Shown here: positions 47,419-55,900 of the stretch, one piece after another
Layout: every line of letters starts with the position of its first letter
How positions within the stretch are numbered: position 1 is the first letter of the stretch
Source of the DNA: an uncultured Gammaproteobacteria bacterium
GTDB lineage: Bacteria; Patescibacteriota; Patescibacteriia; 2-01-FULL-39-33
Assembly: GCA_964536975.1 (NCBI GenBank)
Contig: CAZHYS010000004.1
Location: 10,760 to 69,864 of the forward strand
Direction: 5' to 3'
Length of the DNA: 59,105 bases
Made by a program: the position numbers and the translations under genes
The notes under the pieces: generated by a model
What the model saw: the letters and a program-made list of their open reading frames with translations, nothing else
Told to the model about the DNA's origin: nothing
Databases searched by the model: none

Positions 47419-48093
47419 ATGCCCACCAGTCAGGACAGGCCGTTTGAAATTATTGTTTTGGGTCCGCCAGTTTCCGGCAAAGGCACCCAGGCAGAACTAT
47501 TATCTAAGACTTTTGACATCCCCCATATTTCTACGGGGCAGATTCTCCATTCCATCAAGGATGATGCCGCCAACCCCTTGGCGCAAAAAGTCGCCGAATT
47601 CATGAACTCCGGCTCCTTGGTACCAGATGAGCTGGTCAATCAATTGGTCGCCGATCGGATCAAAAAGAACGACTGCGCTTATGGTTTTGTTCTGGACGGT
47701 TATCCGCGGACACTGTCTCAGGCGCAAGCGATTGATTCGGCGGTAAAACTGGATTATGTTTTTTTGGTCAATGTCAGCGATGAGACTATTATTGAGCGTA
47801 TTTCCGGCCGCCGCGTTTGCAAAAACGGCCATACCTGGCATGTCAAATATTCGCCGCCGAAAATTGATGGCGTGTGCGACGATTGCGGTGAGCCGCTTTT
47901 CTTGCGCAATGATGACAAGTCGGAAGTGGTGAAAAATCGTTTGGAAATTTTCCATCGGAACATGTCGCCAATAATTGAATTTTACGAAAAAGAAGGAATT
48001 CTCATCCGGGTTGACGGGGAGAAGCATATTGAAGAAGTGTTTCAGCAGTTTGTCCGGCATATGGTTTATGATCTAAGAAATAAAATCAAATAA
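47419..48093 (+). CDS. adk: Adenylate kinase
   Basis: GPPVSGKGTQA, HISTG, G.LVPD, LDGYPRT..QA, and a LID domain. Confidence 0.97.
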   Translation: MPTSQDRPFEIIVLGPPVSGKGTQAELLSKTFDIPHISTGQILHSIKDDAANPLAQKVAEFMNSGSLVPDELVNQLVADRIKKNDCAYGFVLDGYPRTLSQAQAIDSAVKLDYVFLVNVSDETIIERISGRRVCKNGHTWHVKYSPPKIDGVCDDCGEPLFLRNDDKSEVVKNRLEIFHRNMSPIIEFYEKEGILIRVDGEKHIEEVFQQFVRHMVYDLRNKIK

Positions 48094-48134
48094 TAGGCTG
48101 CGGGGCCGCAAGATGATGGCTCTGCTTTGGCATT

Positions 48135-48926
48135 ATGATCAAATTAAAAAACAAAACTGAAATAGCGATCATCAAGGAAGGCGGCGCGATTCTGGCGGAA
48201 GTGATGGCAACGGTAGCCGATCACGTCAGTACGGCCGTAAGTACGGGCGTACTGACGTCCGTTAGCACGTCCGATCTCAATGATCTGGCGGAAAAAATGA
48301 TCGCTGAGCGCGGCGGCATCCCCAGTTTCAAGGGGTATCGAGCCGCTTGGTCGGAAGGAGTCTATCCGGCCGCTTTATGCGTGTCTATCAATGATGAAGT
48401 GGTTCACGGCATTCCGTCAAAAGATCGGCCGATTAAAATCGGCGATATCGTCGGATTGGATTGTGGCCTCAAATACAAAGGATATTTTACCGATATGGCA
48501 GTGACCGTTCCGGTCGGAGCGGTGGCCAAAGACAAGCTAAAACTGATCCGGGTGACTGAGGAAGCGCTGATGAAAGGCATTGAGCAGATATCTCCCGGCG
48601 AAAATCTTTCTGATGTCGCCAAAGCGATCCAGAGACATGTTGAAAAAAATAATTTTTCGGTCGTCCGTCAGTTGGTCGGCCACGGCGTCGGTTTTGCCGC
48701 TCACGAGGATCCGCAAGTTCCCAATTATTGGGATGGCAGTTTTGCTGATGTGGAGCTAAGGCCCGGGATGGTATTGGCGATTGAGCCCATGGTCAATATC
48801 GGTGACTGGCCGGTGGAGACGCACGAAGACGGTTGGACTATTTTGACCGCTGATAAGGGCGTCAGCGCCCATTTTGAGCACACCGTGGCGGTGACCGAAA
48901 CCGGTTTTGAAATTCTAACCAAATGA
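48135..48926 (+). CDS. map: Methionine aminopeptidase type I
   Basis: SINDEVVHGIP, LDCG, D.A.T, GHGVG..HE.P, AIEPM, SAHFEHT. Confidence 0.98.
   Translation: MIKLKNKTEIAIIKEGGAILAEVMATVADHVSTAVSTGVLTSVSTSDLNDLAEKMIAERGGIPSFKGYRAAWSEGVYPAALCVSINDEVVHGIPSKDRPIKIGDIVGLDCGLKYKGYFTDMAVTVPVGAVAKDKLKLIRVTEEALMKGIEQISPGENLSDVAKAIQRHVEKNNFSVVRQLVGHGVGFAAHEDPQVPNYWDGSFADVELRPGMVLAIEPMVNIGDWPVETHEDGWTILTADKGVSAHFEHTVAVTETGFEILTK
48223..48272. repeat. In-frame 12-nt tandem repeat x4 that is also a near-perfect palindrome, inside map
   Basis: gtcagtacggcc gtaagtacgggc gtactgacgtcc gttagcacgtcc (VSTA VSTG VLTS VSTS); inverted repeat acgtcagtacg / cgtactgacgt. Confidence 0.8.
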
Positions 48927-49324
48927 TTTTTAGTAATATGAAAATACTCGGCCTTGATTATGGTGAAGCAAAAGTCGGTTTGGCGGTCGGTGACAGCGAG
49001 ACCGGGACGGCTCTGCCTTATAAGATTGTCAAAAATTCCGGCTGGAGCAATCTGCTGGTGGAAATAAAAAAGATTTGCGACGCTGAAAAGATAGAAAGAA
49101 TCGTCGTCGGTTTGCCAGTCAATGGCCAAAACGGCGCGTCGGCGCAAATGAAAAGAGTAGGGGAATTTATTGAAAAACTGGAAGAATTTTCCGGCTTGGA
49201 AGTCACTAGTCAGGACGAACGCTTTAGCACGCGCCAAGCGCGGGAACTGATTAACAAGAAGCGTAAAGACGATGATATTGCGGCAATGCTTATTTTGCAA
49301 AATTATCTTGACAGTCGTCACTAA
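48923..49324 (+). CDS. ruvX: YqgF/RuvX family RNase H-like nuclease (pre-16S rRNA maturation)
   Basis: ILGLDYGEAKVGLAVGD, IVVGLP, QDERFST, DDIAAMLILQNYLD. Confidence 0.93.
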   Translation: MIFSNMKILGLDYGEAKVGLAVGDSETGTALPYKIVKNSGWSNLLVEIKKICDAEKIERIVVGLPVNGQNGASAQMKRVGEFIEKLEEFSGLEVTSQDERFSTRQARELINKKRKDDDIAAMLILQNYLDSRH

Positions 49325-49330
49325 GGAATT

Positions 49331-49900
49331 ATGTCCACGGTTTTTACCTCCGGTATTGTCTTACGGCAGAGCCCGTACAACGATTTTGATCGCCAGTATG
49401 TCATTTATACTCGCGACTGGGGCAAGGTGCTGGCTGTTGCCAAAGGCGGACAAAAAACAATTTCTAAGCTTAGCCCGCATCTGGGCGGATTTTTTGTTAC
49501 CGACTTGATGCTGGCCAGAGGAGCGAGCTTTTATCGCATCGCCGCCAGCAGTATCGCCAAGAATTTTTCTTCTTCGGCCTTGGATTTGGAAAAAATCGTC
49601 TTAGCCGATTATGTCCGGGAGCTGATTGACAAGACTATTAGATTTGACTATAATGATCCTGTGATTTTTGATTTGCTGACAGACTTTCTGGCTGATTTGG
49701 CGGCAATTAGCGGTCGTCGCCAGGCCTTATTGCTTTTCAACACGGCGGTTTTTGATTTACTTAGCCGGCTCGGTTATTGTCCGGTGATAAAATCAGTCAA
49801 AAGCCAGCGGCAGTTGTTTCGGATTTTGACTGACTTGGCGATTCAGGTAGCGGAGACGGATATTCGAAGTAAAAAATTGGTTGGCAAATTGTTTACATAG
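49331..49900 (+). CDS. recO: DNA repair protein RecO
   Basis: GIVLR..PYND.DR...IYTRDWGKV.AVAKG..K..SKL (RecO N-terminal OB fold). Confidence 0.88.
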   Translation: MSTVFTSGIVLRQSPYNDFDRQYVIYTRDWGKVLAVAKGGQKTISKLSPHLGGFFVTDLMLARGASFYRIAASSIAKNFSSSALDLEKIVLADYVRELIDKTIRFDYNDPVIFDLLTDFLADLAAISGRRQALLLFNTAVFDLLSRLGYCPVIKSVKSQRQLFRILTDLAIQVAETDIRSKKLVGKLFT

Positions 49901-49941
49901 ACGCAAAAGAGGTCGCTCTTTTGAGGAAGGAGGATGAGAGG

Positions 49942-50385
49942 ATGAGTGCGGCAATTAAGGAAGAGAGCGGAAACAAAACAGTTGGAGGATTTGCCGTATC
50001 GTTTGACGACGACAGGCAGAGCGTAAATGGTGTGGCAGAGACTTCGTCGTTTGAAGATTCTGTAGATGCCATGCATGGGTTGTTTGATTTAGCCGAGGTG
50101 CTATTCAAGCATCTTCATCGGGGAATTATTCGCGACGAGTTTTCTTTTGAAGATGCCAGTTTTGGCGAATTGTCAGGATTCAATTCGTCAAGGGACCGGG
50201 GAAAAGGATTGGATCAGGCTATTTTCTCGGACTGGCAGAGCGTCAACATTAAGCTTCGGCTGTCGTCGCATAACCATTTCGGGGCTCATTTTGGAGGGTT
50301 TTTGCAAGCGAAAACTCAGAGCGGCGAGATTGAATTATATGAGGTTGGCTTTCATGTCTATGATTGGTCGTCAAAAACAACCTAA
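49942..50385 (+). CDS. Orphan hypothetical protein (start probably ATG 49942)
   Basis: Purine-rich SD GGAGGATGAGAGG upstream; its own terminator downstream; no motif. Confidence 0.6.
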   Translation: MSAAIKEESGNKTVGGFAVSFDDDRQSVNGVAETSSFEDSVDAMHGLFDLAEVLFKHLHRGIIRDEFSFEDASFGELSGFNSSRDRGKGLDQAIFSDWQSVNIKLRLSSHNHFGAHFGGFLQAKTQSGEIELYEVGFHVYDWSSKTT

Positions 50386-50412
50386 GGTTCCGCGATAATC
50401 GTCTTGACAACG

Positions 50413-50449
50413 ACCGGCTTTTCCTGTTTCGGGGAGAGGCCGGTTTTTC
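50413..50449 (+). terminator. Intrinsic terminator
   Basis: accggcttttcc / ggagaggccggt stem followed by ttttt. Confidence 0.75.
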
Positions 50450-50478
50450 TTGCCACTTTTTTGATATTTGGCTATAAT
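50450..50478 (+). promoter_or_regulatory. Promoter for aspS operon
   Basis: TTGCCA, 17 nt spacer, TATAAT. Confidence 0.65.
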
Positions 50479-50516
50479 TAAAGATATTGAATTATTTAAT
50501 TTGTTTATCAAATCTT

Positions 50517-51947
50517 ATGGACAGAACCCCGATTTTGGAGGTGACAAATCAGGTGGGCAAGGAGGTGAAAATTTCCGGCTGGGTGCATACGCGGCGCGAT
50601 CATGGTAAGATTATTTTTATTGACTTGCGCGACCGCAGCGGTATTTTGCAGGTTGTGTTCACTCCCGGTGACAAGGAAATATATGAACAGGCGCAAAAAC
50701 TGCGCAGCGAATTCGTTGTTAATATTATCGGCCAGATAAACGCTCGGCCAGAGAATATGATCAATGACAAAATCGCCACCGGCAAGGTTGAGATGCTGGC
50801 GACCGGCTTGGAAATTTTGAATGAAGCCAAGACTCCGCCGTTTGAGCTGGATCAAAATACCATTGGTGTTAATGAAGAATTGCGGCTTAAATATCGTTAT
50901 CTTGATTTGCGGACCGAGCGGATGAGAAACAATTTGGTGATGCGTCATCGGGTGATCAAATTCATTCGCGATTATTTGGATAGGGAGAGTTTTGTTGAGG
51001 TGGAGACGCCGATTCTGACCAAGGGCACGCCCGAAGGCGCGCGGGAATTCTTGGTGCCGTCCCGGTTGTGGCCCGGCCAATTTTATGTCTTGCCGCAATC
51101 GCCCCAGCAGTTCAAACAATTGCTAATGGTGGCCGGCGCCGAAAAATATTTTCAGATCGCCCGTTGTTTCCGTGATGAAGACACCCGTGGCGACCGCCAG
51201 GCGGAATTCACCCAATTGGATTTGGAAATGAGCTTTGTCGGCCAAGAAGATGTCTTCTCCTTGATTGAGCCGATGATGATTGAATTGGTGCAGACGCTTT
51301 ATCCGCAGAAAAAAATTACCGCCAAGCCCTTTCCTCGTCTGACTTACGCTGAATGCATGGAAAAATATCAGACTGACAAACCGGACTTGCGAGTCAACAA
51401 AGACGATCCGGATGAATTGGCTTTTATGTGGCTGATTGATCCGCCGATGTTCAAATATTCCGAGACGGAGAAAAAATTGGTCGCCAGCCATCATCCTTTC
51501 ACTATGCCCAACTTGGAAGACATGAAGGAATATCCTGATGATCCCAAAAAATGGCGGGCTTACGGTTATGACTTGGTCTTAAACGGTTTTGAGATTGCCG
51601 GCGGTTCCATCAGGATCCATCAGCGCGACATCCAGCAAAAAGTGTTTGAGCTATTGGGGGTAGGTGAAAAAGAAATTGAAGCGCGCTTCGGCCACATGTT
51701 GGAAGCATTTTCTTATGGCGCTCCGCCGCATGGCGGTATTGCCCCGGGCATTGATCGGATTATGGCGATTTTACAGAATGAGCCGAATATCCGCGAAGTG
51801 ATTGTTTTCCCGAAAACTGGCGATAGCCGCGATTTGATGATGGGCGCCCCGAGTCCGGCTGGTAAAAAAGCCCTAAAAGAAGCCAATATCCAATTAGCCA
51901 AGGGGGTTGAGGCCGAAGAAGGTTTTGATACGGCCATGGCTGATTAA
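50517..51947 (+). CDS. aspS: Aspartate--tRNA ligase, compact form without GAD domain, probably non-discriminating (start corrected to ATG 50517)
   Basis: GWVH.RRDHG.IIFIDLRD, RLKYRYLDLR, LPQSPQQFKQLLM, CFRDED, YDLVLNG.E..GGS.R, GAPPHGG. Confidence 0.97.
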   Translation: MDRTPILEVTNQVGKEVKISGWVHTRRDHGKIIFIDLRDRSGILQVVFTPGDKEIYEQAQKLRSEFVVNIIGQINARPENMINDKIATGKVEMLATGLEILNEAKTPPFELDQNTIGVNEELRLKYRYLDLRTERMRNNLVMRHRVIKFIRDYLDRESFVEVETPILTKGTPEGAREFLVPSRLWPGQFYVLPQSPQQFKQLLMVAGAEKYFQIARCFRDEDTRGDRQAEFTQLDLEMSFVGQEDVFSLIEPMMIELVQTLYPQKKITAKPFPRLTYAECMEKYQTDKPDLRVNKDDPDELAFMWLIDPPMFKYSETEKKLVASHHPFTMPNLEDMKEYPDDPKKWRAYGYDLVLNGFEIAGGSIRIHQRDIQQKVFELLGVGEKEIEARFGHMLEAFSYGAPPHGGIAPGIDRIMAILQNEPNIREVIVFPKTGDSRDLMMGAPSPAGKKALKEANIQLAKGVEAEEGFDTAMAD

Positions 51948-51962
51948 TTTTAAAATTATTTT

Positions 51963-52628
51963 ATGCATCTAAAACTTTCTCAAATCAAGGATGATCGGCG
52001 GATAAAGACTTTTATTTCCCAGACTGACAAATATTTGGATGCTCTCGGCTACACTGATCATGGTCCGCGCCACATCAATATCGTCTCCGAGCGGGCGCGG
52101 GCGCTAGCAAAGAGTGTCGGCCTATCGATTGGCGACCAGGAACTTGCCGCCATTGCCGGCTATTGCCATGATATGGGAAACTTTTTGGGCCGCGATCAGC
52201 ATCACTATTGGGCGGCGCTTCTTTTTTCCCAATGTTATTTGGCCGAAGGCGACCCGCTGGAAGTGGCGACCATTGCTCAAGCGATTGTCAGTCATGACAA
52301 AAACGATTTGAAGATTGTCAACAAGGTGACGGCAGTTTTGATTTTGGCCGACAAATCCGATGTCCATCGCAGCCGGGTCAAGACCAAAGGCAAAAAATCA
52401 TTGGCCAACGACGTCCATGATAGGGTCAACGCTTCGGTAGTGGATAATGATTTTTCGGTGAACAAACCCAAGAAAGAAATTGTTCTTAAATTGAAAGTTG
52501 ACACCAAAGTCACCGATCCATTGGAATACTTTGAAATTTTTATTGATCGCATGTCGTTCTGCCGTTTGGCGGCCGGATATCTCGGTTATCGGTTCGTGCT
52601 GATGATAAATAATTTCCGCTTGTCATAA
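51963..52628 (+). CDS. HD-superfamily phosphohydrolase
   Basis: DHGPRH, CHDMGN (HD), LILADKSD. Confidence 0.88.
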   Translation: MHLKLSQIKDDRRIKTFISQTDKYLDALGYTDHGPRHINIVSERARALAKSVGLSIGDQELAAIAGYCHDMGNFLGRDQHHYWAALLFSQCYLAEGDPLEVATIAQAIVSHDKNDLKIVNKVTAVLILADKSDVHRSRVKTKGKKSLANDVHDRVNASVVDNDFSVNKPKKEIVLKLKVDTKVTDPLEYFEIFIDRMSFCRLAAGYLGYRFVLMINNFRLS

Positions 52629-52632
52629 ACAT

Positions 52633-52944
52633 ATGAATCTCTCCGGCCTGCAGAAATATATTTTACTCCAAGGCTTGGAGAGCCGCCGGAAGTCGGTGGA
52701 CAAAAAGACCCTGCTGGGTTATTACTCTCATCGGAAAGACAGTCCGCCGGCCGACGACCAGCTATCTATTATTACAAAGAGCGTAGATAGGCTGATTAGC
52801 CGCGGTTTGGCCAAGGGGGCGGGGATTAAGACAGCGGAAAAGTGGTACGTCCGGGAAGTAATCCTGACTTCTCTGGGCAAAAAGACCGCCCGCCGCCTTT
52901 TGGGAGAACAGCAGAAGCTGCCGCTCAAAACTAAAATCAAATAA
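52633..52944 (+). CDS. Hypothetical basic protein, winged-helix-like
   Basis: LSGLQKYIL...SIITKSVDRLISRGL...LTSLGKK pattern; 4 nt after the HD gene. Confidence 0.6.
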   Translation: MNLSGLQKYILLQGLESRRKSVDKKTLLGYYSHRKDSPPADDQLSIITKSVDRLISRGLAKGAGIKTAEKWYVREVILTSLGKKTARRLLGEQQKLPLKTKIK

Positions 52945-52965
52945 AGAATAAATAACCAAAAAGAT

Positions 52966-53904
52966 ATGGAAAAGACATCGCGAGAAGGCAGAGGCGCCCT
53001 GGACGCCTTTCTTAATCTATTGACCCTAGTTACCTTGGGCTGGCTGTCTATTGTGGTTGGCATGATTTTGTTTCAATTGATTGACAAGATTTTTGCCGGC
53101 AGCTCAACGGCTGTTTTTAATGAGTTCTCCCAAGTTCGGCTCAAATTTAGCATCGCCTCGGCGATTATTGTTGCACCGGTGTTTTTATGGATTTCCTCGG
53201 TTTTGCACCAGCAATACAAGGCCGGCAAACTTAGTCCGTCCAGCGGCATCCATCGCTGGCTGACTTATCTAATGATGTTTGTTTCCGCGCTGGTCATTAT
53301 CGGCAGCTTGATTAACATTATTTTCCGTTTTTTGGATGGCGATTACACTTGGCGCGCTGTTTTGCGGATTTTGTCCGTCCTGTTAATTGCCGCCGGAATT
53401 TTCGGTTACAATTGGTATGATCTCAAACGAACCGATTATTCCTCGCGCAGCAAAGTATCGGTCACTTTTTTTGCGGCGGCGGCGGTTTTGGTTTTGATTT
53501 TGGTTGTGGTCGGATTTTTTCTGATTGATTCGCCGAAGGTTGCCACCATGAAAAAGAATGATTTGGAACGAGCCAATAGTTTGAACAGTTTGAATTATCT
53601 TATTAATAATTATTATTATCAAAACCAGAAACTGCCGGCTGATCTCGTATCCATTGGCGCCGTTAATTATGTTGATCCGGAAACCAAAGAGCTCTACGGC
53701 TATGAAGCTTTGGGGCAGGACACTTACAATCTTTGCGCCAATTTTTCTTTGGCGACCGACAGCGCCAGCGCCAAAGAATATTATGCCACTTATTATGGCA
53801 CGGCCAATTGGTACAGCCACGGCGCCGGTTATCAATGCTTTGAGCAAAAGGTTTCTGTCAGCGTCAACAAAGGCGATCAGGCCGCGCCGGTCATTATTCA
53901 ATAA
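52966..53904 (+). CDS. DUF5671-like multi-TM protein with C-terminal pilin-like globular domain
   Basis: Five hydrophobic helices with HRWLTYL and GIFGY..YDL; C-terminal DLERANSL..INNYY...KLPADL...DPET...YNLCANF. Confidence 0.7.
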   Translation: MEKTSREGRGALDAFLNLLTLVTLGWLSIVVGMILFQLIDKIFAGSSTAVFNEFSQVRLKFSIASAIIVAPVFLWISSVLHQQYKAGKLSPSSGIHRWLTYLMMFVSALVIIGSLINIIFRFLDGDYTWRAVLRILSVLLIAAGIFGYNWYDLKRTDYSSRSKVSVTFFAAAAVLVLILVVVGFFLIDSPKVATMKKNDLERANSLNSLNYLINNYYYQNQKLPADLVSIGAVNYVDPETKELYGYEALGQDTYNLCANFSLATDSASAKEYYATYYGTANWYSHGAGYQCFEQKVSVSVNKGDQAAPVIIQ

Positions 53905-53966
53905 TTTTTTTGGCCATTAGCGCCGGCTCTATTTAAGTCAGCTAACAAATTAAATTAAAAAATCAT

Positions 53967-54626
53967 ATGCCTATTCCTTCAAAGGTCAAGACTTATCTTG
54001 ACAAGCATGGCGTCGATTATGAGGAAGTGGTTCACAAGACCGTTTATACTGCCTTTGATGCCGCTCAAACTCTCAAGAAAGAATTGAAAGAAATCGCCAA
54101 GAATCTATTAGTCCAAGTGGACAAAACCTATGTCTTGGTGGTGGTGCCGGCTGATAAAAAAATTGATTTGAAGAAAGTAAAGAAAGCTTTTCGCGCCAAG
54201 AAAATTTCCATTCCCAATGAAAAATTGATGATCAAGGTGTTGAAAATCAAACCCGGCGCGGTCTCGTCATTCGGGAAACTCCATCAATTGGAGACAGTCA
54301 TTGATAAGGCGATGCTCAAAACCAAGAAAGCGGTATTTTCTACCGGCAGTTTTACAGATAGCGTTTTCATGAAAGTGAAGGATTTTGTCCAAATGGAAGA
54401 AGCAAAATTGGCTGATATCGCGATGGCCGGCGGCTACAAAATTCCGAAAGCCACCAAGAAAAAAATGAAGAAGGCCAAAGCCAAGGCGGCGGCCAAGAAA
54501 TCTCGGTCGGGCAAAAAAGCCGGAAAGGTAGCCAAGCCCGCCTTACGTCGACGAATGACTGCAAATAGAGGCGGGAAAAAAGTCGCTAAATCGGCGCGGA
54601 AGAAAACTGCCAAAAGAAAAAGATAG
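53967..54626 (+). CDS. YbaK/ProX-family aminoacyl-tRNA trans-editing domain with Lys/Ala-rich tail
   Basis: H.TVYTAFDAAQ, IAKNLLV, VVVPADKKIDLKK, PGAVSSFG; tail KKAKAKAAAKK...RKKTAKRKR. Confidence 0.85.
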   Translation: MPIPSKVKTYLDKHGVDYEEVVHKTVYTAFDAAQTLKKELKEIAKNLLVQVDKTYVLVVVPADKKIDLKKVKKAFRAKKISIPNEKLMIKVLKIKPGAVSSFGKLHQLETVIDKAMLKTKKAVFSTGSFTDSVFMKVKDFVQMEEAKLADIAMAGGYKIPKATKKKMKKAKAKAAAKKSRSGKKAGKVAKPALRRRMTANRGGKKVAKSARKKTAKRKR

Positions 54627-54629
54627 ATA

Positions 54630-55325
54630 ATGTACAAGATAAAATTGGAACAATTCCAAGGCCCGCTGGATCTATTGCTGCAATTAATTGAGCAGGAGAA
54701 ATTGGATATTTCCCAGGTCGCGTTAGCCAAAGTGACTGACCAATACTTGGCTTATCTGGAAGAGGCGGAAGAAATCGGCGCGTCCGATCTGGCGGATTTT
54801 TTGGTGGTGGCGACTAAGCTGCTGGTAATAAAATCCAAGTTGCTTTTGCCGGCGATGGCCGATGACGAGGAAGACAGCGCCGAACAATTGGAGGCCCAGC
54901 TTAGAATGTATAAGGATTATCTGGAAGCGGCCAAAAGGATTGAAGACCGACTCAAGGAGAACAGGATTTGTTTCAGTCGGGAGAGGATAGTCTATAATTT
55001 TCCGCCGATGTTCAGTCCGCCGGACAGCGTGGCAGCCGGAGATTTGGCGGAGATTTTTGCCGTGATTCTCGGCCGGATAGATTACATTGTCAATTTGCCC
55101 CAGAAGATAATGGCGCGGGCTGTCAGCATGAAGGAGATGGTGACGAATATCCGCGGCAAACTTGATCAATTCAAAAAGATGAATTTTCACAATATCCTTT
55201 TGACCGCCGAGTCGCGAGTGGAGGTGGTGGTTTGTTTCATGGCGCTTTTGGAGCTGATAAAAGCCGGCGAGGTGGCAGTCAATCAGAAAGGCGTTTTGGA
55301 CGACATATTAATAGAAAAAGTGTAA
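54630..55325 (+). CDS. scpA: Segregation and condensation protein A (kleisin)
   Basis: FQGPLDLLLQLI..EKLDI, ATKLL.IKSK.LLP, F.ALLEL. Confidence 0.96.
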   Translation: MYKIKLEQFQGPLDLLLQLIEQEKLDISQVALAKVTDQYLAYLEEAEEIGASDLADFLVVATKLLVIKSKLLLPAMADDEEDSAEQLEAQLRMYKDYLEAAKRIEDRLKENRICFSRERIVYNFPPMFSPPDSVAAGDLAEIFAVILGRIDYIVNLPQKIMARAVSMKEMVTNIRGKLDQFKKMNFHNILLTAESRVEVVVCFMALLELIKAGEVAVNQKGVLDDILIEKV

Positions 55326-55331
55326 TCATTT

Positions 55332-55898
55332 ATGAACGAGAAAAATCAGATTGAAAGTCTGCTTTTTGTTTCTCACAAGCCGCTTTCAGCCAAAGAGCTG
55401 GCTAAGCTTATCGCTTCAACCGAGGTGGCGGCGCAAAAAGGATTGGATGAATTGGCGGAGGACTATCAGGCGGGCAAAAGAGGGGTGGTTCTTCTGCAGG
55501 CGGATGGCAGATATCAGCTGGCGACCGCCGGCGAACACTCGGCGATCATTCAGAAATTTATCAAGGGCGAGGTCACTGGCGAGTTGACGCGGCCGTCGCT
55601 AGAAGCATTGACTATCATCGCTTACCGCGGCCCGATTTCCAAAGCGGAATTGGAGCTCATTCGCGGCGTCAACTGCAGTCTGATTCTCCGTAATCTGCTC
55701 ATTCGCGGTTTAATTGAGGCCAAGGAAGACAAGCAGAGGGGCGTCACCCTCTATAATATCACTTTTGAATTTTTGAAATTTTTGGGAATTTCTCGGGCTG
55801 AAGAATTGCCGGATTTTGACAAGCTTAATCGGAGCAATAACTTGGACAAGTTGCTCGCCGGCAAAACCGAAGGAATAGCGGAGGGCAAGGAGCAATAA
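55332..55898 (+). CDS. scpB: SMC-Scp complex subunit ScpB
   Basis: IESLLF, LTRPSLEALTIIAYRGPISKAELE.IRGVN, T.EFLKFLG. Confidence 0.97.
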   Translation: MNEKNQIESLLFVSHKPLSAKELAKLIASTEVAAQKGLDELAEDYQAGKRGVVLLQADGRYQLATAGEHSAIIQKFIKGEVTGELTRPSLEALTIIAYRGPISKAELELIRGVNCSLILRNLLIRGLIEAKEDKQRGVTLYNITFEFLKFLGISRAEELPDFDKLNRSNNLDKLLAGKTEGIAEGKEQ

Positions 55899-55900
55899 TT

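Noticed and set aside
47800-47900. Adenylate kinase LID with CKNGH...CDDC instead of four Cys
   Set aside because: LID metal-ligand variation is common in this family and not remarkable on its own.
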